This document shows, piece by piece, positions 12,201-25,383 of a stretch of DNA of 64,000 nucleotides (position 1 is the stretch's first letter; every line of letters starts with the position of its first letter). The notes under the pieces are model-generated. The model did no database searches. It had not been told where the DNA came from and saw nothing but the letters and a program-made list of their open reading frames with translations. A program made the translations under genes and the position numbers. The DNA is taken from assembly GCF_963921235.1 (NCBI RefSeq), contig NC_086108.1, forward strand, positions 16,802,001 to 16,866,000. The letters are read 5' to 3'. The DNA is from Mobula hypostoma (taxonomy: Eukaryota).

Positions 12201-14841
12201 AGGTCCAGTATCTCTTTCCCATAGTTTAAATACCTAATAGTAAAGAGCATGCATTTAAGGTGGGATGGGGAAAGTGTGTGAGGCAAAACTGAGCCATTAT
12301 AACAGACAGATTACCTAGAACTAAAATACAGACTCTCTTCCTCCATCCTTCTCAATATTTTCTCATTCCTTCATATTGTCGTATCACCTCTAATGCATTA
12401 GAAATTTTGTTGTTAAACACAAGCTTACGCTAGACCTCATTGTAATAGTGCAGAAGGCTGCTGAGAGGCAAGTCAAAGTGTGAGTGGAATGGAGAATTAA
12501 AGTGGTAGGCAACAGGCAGTAATGTTTGGGTCTCTGGATGATGGGGAGACAGCCACCCATGCCCACATTCAATGTATTACCATAATTCTGTTCATTAACT
12601 ATCAATATAGCAAAGTCCATCTGTACAAAATTTGTGAATTAATCACCATTTTTCTCTGTTCTTCATAACCATAATCAACAACACTTCCTGAAGTTATTAT
12701 ACCACTTGCCATTTTTCCACTCACTAGTTCCAGAGTCTAAATAGCTTTGCATTGTAGGCAAACTTGTTTATATTACACTCTTTCATTTAAAACAATAAAG
12801 TTGATTGTGAAGAAGGGCTGTAATAGGACGAAAGACAAGAGGAAAAATGGACAGGCAGGTGGCAAAGAAACAATAGTTACGTCCAGAGAAAGTGTAAATA
12901 TGAAAGGCAGCAGTCCAAAAAAATGGTGACAGTGATGATTTTGAAACGATTGAATTTCATATCCATTTTGGAAGGCAGTAAAATATCTAATTGAAAGATG
13001 AGATGCTGTTCCTTGAGCTTAAAATGAATCTCACTGCAACAGGAAGTCAGAGGGTTGGGAAAACAGCAAATCAGTGTAAGCTCATAAATTACATTTGAAA
13101 ATTGACGGTAAAGAAGTGACTCAGTCAAGGTTTGGGTCTCTGCAGTGTACTCAGCAATGAACTTCAAACATCAAATATAGTGCATCAAACGGAAAAAAGT
13201 TTAACCTGGAAAGGAAAGCTTGAGAGCTTGCATATTGGGAAGAGAAAAGCTAAATATACTAATCCCCTGCATTTGTATAGAAAAAGTTGTGAAAGGGCAA
13301 GGAGCCTCAGCAGTCATGATACTTTCAACAAATATGAACTACGTGCATAAATCAATTTGAATAACAAGGAAAATACCTAAATATTCCCACTGCAGCTGAC
13401 CATTTGTCACTATATGCAGACTTATTTCAATGAATCCATTCACTTTTAAATTTAAGTTTTCATACATATAATTTCAAAATGATTTTAAGTACTTAATTTG
13501 CATTCACTGTAAAACTACGTGTAGTGAAGATGTCTCCAAGCTTTTCCCATGTTCCCATAATTTCCATGATGGATCTGCCAACCAGCATAGCTGGTGTGTG
13601 ATGTTAAGCTTTTTCCATTAGTGGTCTCTCTTATTCCCTCTCAAAGCAAAAGCATCTGAATTCTTATGAATTACGCATTACGCTTTTTGGCAGATGCAAT
13701 ATGGTAATAATAGCTGTAGAAACATTTCCTTTCCCCTGAACTCTTTTCCTAGAAGGTTCGATAATACCCTTTGGGAGAATGAAGATGTTAAACTTGAATG
13801 ACAGATGCGCTTTATTCTTTTGTGAATAATCAGGCCATTATTGCAGTGTAGACTAAAACCGCCAGGAAACAGCACTGCTGCAAGTTGCATGCATGGATGT
13901 AAACACACTTATTATTACTGCAAGTCTACAGTTACAGCCAGTATGGAGCTGGGCTTTGTATTTCTATGTTTAAATCTCTTTACATGTGAATTACAAACAA
14001 AAGATGTAAGATATCCATTGGATGCCATATATTATTCATAATCAGTTTGGCAGGAGGATCTGATTTCTTAAAAATGCTTTAACAAACCTCTCAAATGGAA
14101 GGAATCTCAACAGGGGAAAATGCAGCTATTTTATATGAATGGAAAGATCTTCATTACAGAATTATTTATAATGTTTAAAATTCAGATAAAAAAGCAAATA
14201 CTTTCATTTTTTTAATACCTTTTATCAGTAATGATTAACAATGATTTGTTAGGGACCAGTTGCTAAACTTGTTGCTGATTTAGTACTGGCAAAGATGGAT
14301 CCACTCCAACCCATCATATGTCAAGCTCAGCTTCAGCTATACTAACTTCTCTGGTTCTGAGCTTTTCCACACATATTGTTCATATTCTGAAAAATAAAAA
14401 GAAGATGGAAATAAACACTATTTTAAATGTAAACTTGATTCGGCACTAGCAATGAGACTGGGGATTTTGTAGTCAAGTCTCTTTTATTGAATAATGTCAT
14501 TGCTGCCATTTTTTTAGGTAATATCTTAAAATAAATCCTGACTCCATGTCCAGGTGGAAATAAATATCCACAGTATAATCATAACAGCAGGGAATTTTCT
14601 GGGGAAGTCAAAGGCCAAATATCTGTGAGACCGAGTCAGAGTCTACTGGAGGCTGAAGTTGGTCTGTCCGAGGGTTGGAGAATTATGTATGTTTGTGGGA
14701 GGGAGGGAGGAACAGGGCTTGTTATTGTTTTGTTGCATTTTGAATTGTTCTGCCAAGCATGCTGTGCTGCTGCTGGAATGTGTGACAACATTTATGGACT
14801 GCCCCCAGCCTACCTTGGGTGTGTTGATTGCTCATATAAAT

Positions 14842-15631
14842 CAGGGGTCCCCAACCTTTTTTGCACCATGGACCGGTTTAATATTTACAACATTCTTGCG
14901 GACCGGCCGATTTGGGGGGGAGGGTGTTCAAGAAGGGTTAAACTCACCTCAACATGTCTTTTAAAGTTAGGGTTGCCAACTTTCTCACTCCCAAGTAAGG
15001 GACAAAAGTAGCAGTCAAATCCTGGGACACTTGTGTTTACCCCAGAAAGGCTACCATGACCATGAAGCCTTGCGCGGGCACCTGTGTGCGTATGCATGAC
15101 ATGCGCATATGTGATGTGCGCACGCACGTACATGCTGATTTTTTTTCCCACAAATCGGTTTTGGCTTAATCTTCCCGACTATACTGTACATACATTACTT
15201 CTACTTTATATAGGCAGTGTATTTATCATATCATTCCTGCTTTTACTATATGTTAGTGCTATTTTAGGTTCTATGTGTTATTTGGTAGGTTATATTTTGG
15301 GTCTGGGAACGCTCAAAAATTTTTCCCATATAAATTAATGGTAATTGCTGCTTCGCTTTACGCCATTTCCGCACGAAAGGTTTCATAGGAACGCTCTACC
15401 TTAGCGGGGGAAATATGGGACAAGGGCGGTCCCATATGGGACAAACCAATTTAGCCCAATATACGGGATGTCCCGGCAATATGGGACAGTTGGCAACCCT
15501 ATGTTCAAGTTCAACAGTGCGTAACAGGAAATGAGGAAAGGTGCAGCTGACTCATATCGTTTCCTTGCAGCCCGGTAGCATATGCTTTGCGGCCCGGTAC
15601 CAGTCTGCGGCCCGGCGGATGGGGTCCGCTG
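14842..15631 (-). mobile_element. Composite hAT-Charlie MITE containing Blackjack-like ends
   Basis: TIR CAGGGGTCCCCAACC and degenerate right TIR; imperfect 8-bp TSD ATATAAAT/ATGTAAAC; internal TAGGGTTGCCAAC...GTTGGCAACCCTA (about 14968-15501) matching the ends of 46989-49587. Confidence 0.8.
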
Positions 15632-17419
15632 ATGTAAACAACATATTTTACTGTATTTTTCGATATACGTATGAGAAATAAACCTTGAGTCTTGAATCTT
15701 TAAAGATATACTAAGAAATTTCTGAAAGAGATTGATAAAGATGATTGAGTGAGAGAGATGCAGAAAAGATTCACAGGTTGCTTGGATTGGAGGGCTTGAG
15801 TTATAAGGAGAAACTGGATAAGCTGGGACTGCTTTCCCTGGAGTGAAGGAGGCTGGAGGTGAGCTTACAGAGATATATAAAATTCTGAGGGGGATAGGAT
15901 GGACTTTTTCCAGGGTACAGGACTCTAAACTAGAGGGCACAGGTTTAAGTGGAGAGCAAAAAAAAGTTTAAAGGGAATCCAAGGTGCAGTCTTTCCACAC
16001 AGAGTCATAAATATATGGAATGAATTGTCAGACGAAGTGGTAAAGGCAAGTTCCAATATTTAAATGACATTTGAGAAAGATATGGGCCAAAGGCAGGGAA
16101 ATGAGATGAGACTACATTGGCGCCATGGGTAAGCAGGGCTACAGGGACAGTTTCCAAACTGTTTGTTTATGAATGAGAGGGAGATGATAAGACAATGATT
16201 GTCTAATTGGGAACTTTAGAGCTAGGGCTGATAGTTTGGGCACACAAGGTTAGAAACTTAAGGATGAGAAGAAGAATATTTTTGTACATATACAATTTAA
16301 CTTCTTCGCAATTTTTTAATCTCAGATGTGCAATTGGTGAGAGTACTCACGGTTGACATCAACAGCATTTTTTTTACATAAATGTGATTCAGAAGTAATG
16401 AGAATCAAATGACAAATGACAATGCATGCATGATGGATCAGATTTGTTACTCCAACATCCATTTTTTTTTTCTTTTCACATATTCAACATGCACAGGTTT
16501 GACTATCCTGTTATACAAAAGACATTGTCAAACCAGAGAGGGTGCAGAGGAGATTTACAAAGATGCTGCAAAAAGGGCCTGAGTAATAGGGAGAGGTTGT
16601 CCACATGGATCTTTATTCTCTGGAATGCTGGAGAATAAGGGACAACCTCATAGAGGTTTAGAAAATCATGAGGGGTGTAGATAAGATGAATGGTCATCAT
16701 CTTTTCTCCAGGGTTGGAAAGTCCAAAATTAGAGAGCACAGATACAAGAGGGGTGGGATTTAAAAGAGACCTGAGAGATAACTTATTTACTCAGAGGATA
16801 GTGAGCACCTGTAATGTTCAAAGTTCAAATTTATTATCAAAGTATGTATATCATACACAATCTTGAGATTCATCTTCTTGCAGGCACTCACAAATCAAAG
16901 AAACACAATAGAATTCACTGAAAGATACACACAAGACCACCACACATCCAAATTACAAAAGAGGGTAAATCACGCAAATAGTAAAAAAAAATACACATGG
17001 AACACGAACTGAAGAATCTCCAAGGTGAGTCCACAGCTGCTGATCCCGTTCAGTGCGGAGGCATGTAAGCCTGTCTAGGACCCCGATGGCTGCAGAATAA
17101 CAACTACTCCTGAACCTGACAGCGTGGACCTAAGACTCCTGCACCTCCTGCCAGACCCTAGTACTGAGAAGAAAGGGAGATCGGTCAAACTGAGGCAGAT
17201 GGTGTTGAACGCCTGTTCATTTCTCGATCTCATCATTGATGATTTTAATCTTGTTCGACGCTTTGATTGGTGCAGAATAATGTAGCCAACTATGGATTCC
17301 TCTTCCACTAACAGGTCTTGATGCAATGTCCTGTAATGGCTACCCCAGTGTACCTGCACTCTTGAAAGTCTAGTCGCCAAATCCCCCAGGAGATTTCAAA
17401 AGCGCCAGATCATTTACTT

Positions 17420-17630
17420 TAGACACAAGGAAATCTGCAAATGCTGGAAATTAGAGCAACACACACAAAAAATGCTGGTGGAACGCAGCAGGCCAGGCAG
17501 CATCTATAGGAAGGGGTACATTCGACGTTTCGGGCCGGGACCCTTTGTCAGGACTAACTGAAAGAAGAGATAGTAGTCGGTTCAAAAGTATATCCTTAAA
17601 AGGGAGAATACAAGCTGCAGACTGCAGCAA
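17420..17630 (-). mobile_element. PLE pLTR fragment with mutated hammerhead core
   Basis: Same pLTR sequence as the other copies; core reads CUGACAA on the minus strand. Confidence 0.75.
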
Positions 17631-17779
17631 AAGAATCAGAATCAGAATCAAGTTTATTATAAATTAGCAGCAGCAGTTCAATGCAATACATAATCTAGCA
17701 GAGAGAAAAAAATAAATAAGTACATCAATTACAGTATACATATATTGAATAGATTTTTAAAATGTGCAAAAACAGAAAT

Positions 17780-18270
17780 AGAAACATGGAAAACCTACAG
17801 CACAATACAGGCCCTTTGGCCCACAAAGTTGTGCCGAACATGTCCCTACCTTAGAAATTAGTAGGCTTACCTACAAGCCCTCTACTTTTCTATTATCTAT
17901 TATCCTTCCTGTAGTGAGGCGACCAGAACTGAGCACAGTACTTCAAATGGGGTAGCCTCACTACAGGAAGGATGTGGAAGCCACAGAAAGGGTGCAGAGA
18001 AGATTTACAAGGATGTTGCCTGGATTGGGGAGCATGCTTTATGAGAATAGGCTGAGTGAACTCGACCTTTTCTCCTTGGAGTGATGGAGGATGAGAGGTG
18101 ACCTGATAGAGGTGTATAAGATGATGAGAGGCATTGATCATGTGGCTAGTCACAGGCTTTTTCCCAGGGCTGAAATGGTTGCCACAAGAGGGCACAGGTT
18201 TAAGGTGCTGGGGAGTAGGTACAGAGGAGATGTCAGGGGTAAGTTTTTCACTCAGTGAGTGGTGAGTGCA
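17780..18270. mobile_element. Rearranged CR1 3' end with internal inversion
   Basis: Minus-strand tail and ORF2 piece (17780-17950) followed by a plus-strand ORF2 piece (17955-18270). Confidence 0.7.
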
Positions 18271-20359
18271 ACTCCCTAACCAATTTTACCTCTCTATCTT
18301 TCCTAAAACATTAAAACCCTGGAACATTAAGCACCCATTCCTGTCCCTCTTTCAACCAAGTTTCTGTAACGGCCACAATATCATAGTTTCATGTACTGAT
18401 CCATGTTCTAAGTTGATCACCTTTACCCATAACTATTCCTAGCATTAAGATACACAAACTTCAAACTATCCGTCCCATCACATCTATTACTTTGCTCCTG
18501 CCTACCTTTATTGACACGGCTATCGACCTTCTTCTCCATCCCTCCACTCGCTGACCTGGTGCTCTGATTCCCATCTCCCCGCCAAAGTAGTTTAAACCCT
18601 TCCTGGCTTGGAGGTTAGCACCAGCAAACCTCCTGGCTAGTATATTGGTTACCCCTTGTTCATCTGTATGAATATCATTTGCTTTAGCAATCTCAGCATT
18701 AGCTAATCATACAGAGACATTTACTACATTTATTTTGTGTTTACGATTTACTACAATGATCTTTCTCATTATATTATTTAATACAGCAATCCAATGTATT
18801 GTGTAATCTAGCAAAGAAACATCACTCTTTAGTACTGAGAACCAACCTGAGATGTACAAAAAGGCAAATTTATAATAGAATTATTAGATGTGAAGAAGTT
18901 TTCGATTGAAAGTATAATAAGGTTAGACCTTGGACATTCACCAATTTTTATTAATGGACCACAGAAAACATTCTATCTGGATACATCACAGTTTAGTACG
19001 GCAACTACTCTGCCCGTGACCACAAGAAACTGTAGAAAGTTGTGGACACAGATCTGTACATCACGGCAACCAACCTCCCTCTCACTGACACTGTCTACCT
19101 TCCCGCTGAGTTGGTAAAGCAGCCAGCATAATCAGAGACACCACCCACCTTGGACATGTTTCCTTCTACCCTCTCCCATCTGAAAGCATGTACCACCAGG
19201 CTAAATGGACAATTATCCCACTGTTGTGAGTTTCAGTTTTACATGGTTCTCCCAGACAGCCATGATTCCTGAGACAATGGAGATTTCCCTTGAGTTTCCA
19301 GTTGCTGTGCTCACTTCCTAAGGAGGCTGGAAGTTCAGTGGAGCTGGAACAAGTATTTTCAGGAACATATAATGTTATTGCTTTGTTATGGACTAGACTC
19401 TGTTTTGTTTATTCATGTGCTGATGGGATTACCTATTTTTTTAAAGAAAGCAAAAAAAAAATCATTGTGGTAGGATGCCTCAATTAATTTGTTTGTGATC
19501 TGCTTTCAAACTCTGGATCTAAGATAATGTGAATGAAAAGCACTGCTCCCAGTTCAGTGCCCCAGATTCACTGTAACATGAGGGGTAATTGATTATGCTG
19601 CAAGGTTATTTTTAATGTTTTAATCCATGTGTAAACAACTACATGAGCAAAGCTGCTTCAATGGTCCAGTGTAGATTAATTTTAATCAGTTCAGTTGTTC
19701 AGTGCAGCAGAAGTAAACCATCCTGCCTCAGCTGGCACATACTTATTGCTGTTCTTTGTCTGTCACTCTAATACAATCACATCTTGTGCAGAACTGACTG
19801 CTTTGTCAATTTGGTGAAGGCCACATATAGTGACATTGCTATAGCCAGCCAAAGAAAAAATGATTGGGTAATTCGCCTGCTCATCAAGCTTTGTGATAAT
19901 GTTAGAGATGACAGAGGATGCATAAATGGCTCTTAATGCGACAACTTCCAGTTGAAATTTTATTGTCTACTGCCTTTCAGAGGATGATGATGAAGGATAA
20001 ATCAATACTCAACCATAATTACTTTTTAACTGCAAGCCAACACTGATGATCATATGGAGGAGTATGCCTAACCACTGTTACAGCCTAGTCCACCATTCAA
20101 TAAAATTAAGATTGATCATCGTAGCTCTACTTTCCTTGTTATTCCACACACCATATTAATATCCTTCTGTTACATTGAGAATCAGAAACTACTACAAAAA
20201 TTGCTGTAAGACATTTTCTTTATATGTCATCACTATTTACATTACTTACAATCTGAAAATTTAGGTGGGGAAGAAATTCAGGTGTGGGAATTTTATAAGG
20301 TCAAGACGTGCGCGGTTGAAGTATTTGGAAGGGACTAGGACTGTATAAGGAAGTAAAGG

Positions 20360-21123
20360 CTCAAAGGTTCATTTATTATCAAAGTATATAACTCTGAAAT
20401 TCTTCTTCTCCAGATAGCCATGAAATCAAGAAAGAAAAGAATGGTAACATTATCATCAATCCCCAAATCCCTCCTCTCTGCACAAAAACAGAATAGGCAC
20501 ATCGACCCTTAATCACTCTGCCCCCGCACGCAAAAAATGAGAAAGATCAGGCAAAAAACATGGAATTTAAAAAACTATAAGACTGAAAAAAGACAATAGT
20601 CCAAGTCCATGTCCAAAACACAGAAGACCTGGGTAACATTCTCCAGGCACAGCAGCAAGCGTTGCCCTCACCGGCAGCAGAGCAATTTCACCAGAGATCT
20701 AAAGGCAGACTCCAATCTCTGGTATCAGAGTGATCCCACCAGCAGTCAAAAGGCAAGTAGCCGGCACTCACCTTCTGCATTGGCCTCTATATTTCAATCT
20801 CCCTTGTCACTCTAAACAGTGAACAATGAAAATTTTAGTCGGTGAAATGGAGTCAAACATTGGTTTGTACCCCATCCTGCAACCTTCTCACCACAAGTTT
20901 CGTGGACACTCCTTCTGCCTCCCGAAACCTTCTCAGAGACTGCAGAGCCTGAAACACCCAAATGATTGCCAAACTGCAAATAAGGGGCTCCAACAGTTGC
21001 AGAATCACATTCGAGATTAAAAACAAACATAAAAGACATTAAAGAAGTGAAATATATGATTTTGTGATCTATCCAGAAGATATTGACCGAAGAAGAGTTG
21101 TACCTAGACGCCATCTTGACCAG
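20360..21123 (-). mobile_element. Non-coding LINE-derived element with GGTCAAGATGGCG 5' end and Rex1-like 3' tail
   Basis: CGCCATCTTGACC at about 21109-21121; tail ...TACTTTGATAATAAATGAACCTTTG shared with other tails in the window; no RT ORF. Confidence 0.5.
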
Positions 21124-21396
21124 AAAATTGATCAGGGAAAAAATTATGAAGTACTAAAAGTAAAGAGTGCATGAAGGATTTGTAAAAGACACAAAAACTA
21201 AAGCAATAACTGGAGAAAAAGAAGTGTTTGCTCTAATACCTAATAGGCAGATGTGATTACAGTGGCTAAGGCTGAAAACTCCAAGTCATGTTTCAAAATG
21301 GCAAACAAAGTAAGTTTAGATAAAGATTAAAAAATGAAGAACAGAAAACACCAGTGGAAGTTATATGTAGGCATTCCCTCCTCCCCTAGTTACAGA

Positions 21397-22083
21397 CCCC
21401 TCGGGGGTCAGTGTGGACATGGTGAAGAATTACAAATACCTGGGGATACAAATTGACAATAAACTGGACTGGTCAAAGAACACTGAAGCTGTCTGCAAGA
21501 AGGGTCAGAGCCGTCTCTATTTCCTGAGGAGACTGAGGTCCTTTAACATCTGCCGAACGATGCTGAGGATGTTCTACGAGTCTGTGGTGGCCAGTGCTAT
21601 CATGTTTGCTGTTGTGTGCTGGAGCAGCAGGCTGAGGGTAATAGACACCAACAGAATCAACAAACTCATTCGTAAGGCCAGTGATGTTGTGGGGATGGAA
21701 CTGGACTCTCTGACGGTGGTGTCTGAAAAGAGGATGCTGTCCAAGTTGCATGCCATCTTGGACAATGTCTCCCATCCACTACATAATGTACTGGTTGGGC
21801 ACAGGAGTACATTCAGCCAGAGACTCATTCCACCGAGATGCAACACAGAGCGTCATAGGAAGTCATTCCTGCCTGTGGCCATCAAACTTTACAACTCCTC
21901 CCTTGGAGGGTCAGACACCCTGAGCCAATAGGCTGGTCCTGGACTTATTTCACAATTTACTGGCATAATTTACATATTACTATTTAACTACTTATGGTTT
22001 TATTACTATTTATTATTTATGGTGCAACTGTAACGAAAACCAATTTCCCCCGGGATCAATAAAGTATGACTATGACTATGACT
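21397..22083 (+). mobile_element. Rex1/Babar LINE 3' fragment
   Basis: ORF 21413-21931 (YKYLGIQIDNKLDWS, SRLYFLRRLRSF); (ACTATG)n tail. Confidence 0.9.
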
Positions 22084-22089
22084 AGATAG

Positions 22090-22281
22090 GGGGTGTATGG
22101 GGTGTCAGGGAGGGGTAGCACCTCTGATGGGGGAATATGTTGCGTCCTTTTTAAGGCGGTTAGCCCACCTTTGGGCCTCACCTGGCACTCAGCTCTCACC
22201 TGTGGCTCCTCATAGCTGTTTGCATGCGACAGCGGCCACACCCAGGGCAATGGCTTCGACAAGCCGGCTAAACCAGATGAG
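22090..22281 (+). ncRNA. Putative HDV-like self-cleaving ribozyme at the RTE 5' end, slightly decayed
   Basis: P1 GGGGUGU/ACACCCA, P2 CUCACCUG/CAGAUGAG, P3 GGC/GCC, L3 starting UCCUC, P1.1 CC/GG, P4 UGGCUU/AAGCCG, J4/2 GCUAA (C22268). One mismatch each in P1 and P2. Confidence 0.65.
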
Positions 22282-24058
22282 GGTAGCCAACGGGTCTTAA
22301 ACCCTCGGTGAGATAGGGAGATGTCTATCCCAGCATACGAAGACAGACTCCGGCAGATTGAGCGGATGAGACCCATGGAAGGTCCAACGGTCAAGAAGGC
22401 AATCTCTGCAAACATCGTGGAATGTGTAGAGCACGACAAGGCACAGAAAACATCCTATCTCCAGCTGTCTCGACTCTTGTCTTGCCACTGGATCCAGATG
22501 GGAATTGGGAAGAAAGAGTGAGGCTGATGCTGTGCAACTCTCTCTCACTTAAATCCAAATCAAGTGCGAGTCTCAACACCATCATCATCATCACCCTCAA
22601 CCTTTGAAGACCTGTGGCGATGGGCAAGTGATGAAGCAGTAGGTGTGGATACACTGGGAGCTGTAGTCATGGACCTGCACACAGGCGGCTCAGGTCTAAT
22701 GGTCGTTTTTCACTGACCGAAGCAGCAGTGAAACTCGGCGTCTACCTGGGCCACTGAGCAGCCCTCTTTAGGAACGCACTGCTCACCTCCGTAGCATGAG
22801 GGAGGGGCTAGAAAAGGTGCCCTAAACATTGCCTGCTTCATTATACCCTGGCCAATTTACCGTGGCTGGCGGGGATCCTATCTTGGCGGTCGAACTAACA
22901 CAACATGCCAGGTGATACTGCTCACCATTGGCACTTGGAACATGCGCACGCTATTGGACAACCCTACAGCAAACAGATCAGAGAGAACAGCCTTAGTTGC
23001 CAGAGAGCTTGCAAGATACAACATTGACACAGCAGCCCTGAGTGAGACTCGTCTTGCCAACGTAGGTCAGCTGACTAAAACTGGAGGCGGATACACTTTT
23101 TTCTGGAGCGGTCGCGGCAGCGATGAGCGTCGTGATACTGGAATTGGATTCGCCATCAGGAGTCACCTTGTTCGGAAACTTGCCAGTCTCCACAAGGGTG
23201 TGAACGACCGGCTCATGACACTACAGCTTCCGCTACAGAATGGAGGTCAAGCCATCCTGATCAGCGACTATGCCCCCACAACGACCAACCTGGACGAGAC
23301 AAAGGACAGGTTCTATGAAGAACTAGACACCCTGCTATCAGCAGTGAGCAGCACTAACAAGCTGATCTTGCTCGGCGACTTCAATGCAAGAGTAGGGTGC
23401 GACTCTGCAGCCTGGCAGGGAGTTGTTGGGAGTCATGGAGTGGGCAAATGTAACAGTAACGGCCTACTCTTACTGAAGACCGGTGCAGCACACAACCTCC
23501 TCATCACCAACATAACTTTCTGTCTGCCTACCCATAACAAGACCTCCTGGATGCACCCCCACTCTAAGCATTGGCATCTTATCGACTATGTCATTGTTAG
23601 GAGAAAAGACAGACAGGATGTCAGAGTGACCAAGGCCACGTGTGGTGCTGACTGCTGGACAGATCACAGGCTCATTGTCTCCAAAATGAAGCTCCGCATC
23701 AAACCCAAGAGGGAACCACAAGGAAGCAAGGCTATGAAAAGAATCAATGTGGCAAGGCTGAAGAACCCCAGCATTGCTTCAGCACTGGTTGAAGATTTAG
23801 AAGCCAAGCTTGTTGACTTACACCTTGCAGGCAGCGCTGTGGACGACTGGGATCGCTTCAAGGATGCTGTCCATTCATCTGCACTGAAGATGCTAGAGCT
23901 CTCTACTCGCAAGCAGCATGACTGGTTCGATGAGGATGATGAGGAGATACAGGCTCTACTTGGTGAAATGCACCGTCTTCATCATGCCCATCAGAACGAT
24001 CCATCATCAGCTGCCAAGAAAAATGCCTTTACCAGTGCTCGCAGGATAGTTCAGAATA

Positions 24059-24313
24059 GGAAAGGAAAGGTACGTTGCATCCGGAGTTTCTCCGGTTAGC
24101 AGACGATTTCCCTCCACGCCTCTCTGATGTAGTGGGGAACCACATATTAGGGAAGTTACAGCAGTATTTTGCCATTGGCTTCTGCCAGGTGAGTTTCCAA
24201 AGAGATCACACAGCTTGTAACCCAGCACGGATGGAAAGCGTGCAGGGGAGCCGGCTGGATTCGAACTCAGGACCTTTCGTCCCGAAGTCCGGCACTGATG
24301 CCACTAGGGCAGC
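24059..24313 (-). mobile_element. tRNA-derived SINE (255 bp) inserted in the RTE ORF
   Basis: TSD AGTTCAGAATA at 24048-24058 and 24314-24324; B box GTTCGAATCC on the minus strand; 3' hairpin CCGGAG-AAA-CTCCGG and (CCTTT)n tail. Removal restores the frame RRIVQNKLRKMQDAW. Confidence 0.9.
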
Positions 24314-25383
24314 AGTTCAGAATAAACTGCGTAAAATGCAAGATGCCTGGCTGAGCGCCAAGGCAGATGAAATACAGGGATACGCTGACAGAAACGACTT
24401 GAAACGATTCTATGGAGCCCTTAACACTCTCTACAGACCTCAGTCTCTCGGGAGTTCCCCCCTCCTGAGTATAGATGGTATAATTCTCATTACAGAGAAG
24501 GCTCAGATCCTGCAGAGATGGGCTGAACACTTTGAAGCCATCCTCAACTGACCGCCATCTATTAACGATGAGACGATAGACAGGATTCCTCAGGTCGACA
24601 TCAACAGCGCCATGGATGACCCACCGGTAGTAGCCGAAGTCACGAAAGCTGTCAGCCAGCTATACATTGGCAAAGCCCCGGGGCAGACTCCATACCTGCA
24701 AAGATCTACAAAGCCAGTAGTCCCGTACTTATAGAGAAGCTCACTGAGTTGTTTCAGTCTTTTTGGAAGCCAGGATCCATTCCCCAGGAACTTAAAGATG
24801 CACTCGTCGTACACCTCTACAAAAGGAAGGGCAATCAACAAGTATGCAACATCTACGGAGGAATCTCGCTGCTCTCCATCGTAGGGAAAACCCTTGCAAG
24901 AGTCCTGCTAAATTGTCTGGTCACTCTTCTGGAGCTGGGCCTGCTGCCAGAGTCACAGTGTGGCTTTCGCAAAGTTCGTGGGACTATCGACATGATTTTT
25001 GCCGCGCGCCAACTTAAAAGAGAAGTGTCAGGAGCAGAATCGCAAGCTCTACAGAACTTTTGTTGACCTCACGAAAGCCTTCGACACCGTATGCTGACAA
25101 GGCCTGTGGAGGATCATGTCAAAGTTCAGCTGCCCCGCCAAATTCATTCAGATGGTACGCCAGTTCCATGATAGCTGGATGACCAGAGCGCTGGATGGCG
25201 GAGAATCCTCTAAGGCGTTCCCAGTCACCAATAGTGTCAAACAGGGCTGTGTGCTCGCACCAACACTGTTCAGCATGATGTTTTCTGCCATGCTGAATGA
25301 TGTCTTCTAGGACAGTGATGCTGGAATCAGCCTCAAGTACAGAGTGGATGGGAAGCTCTTCAACCTGAGGAGATTTCAAGCTA

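Noticed and set aside
24235..24313. tRNA gene on the minus strand
   Set aside because: It is the head of a TSD-flanked SINE; no complete cloverleaf is evident.
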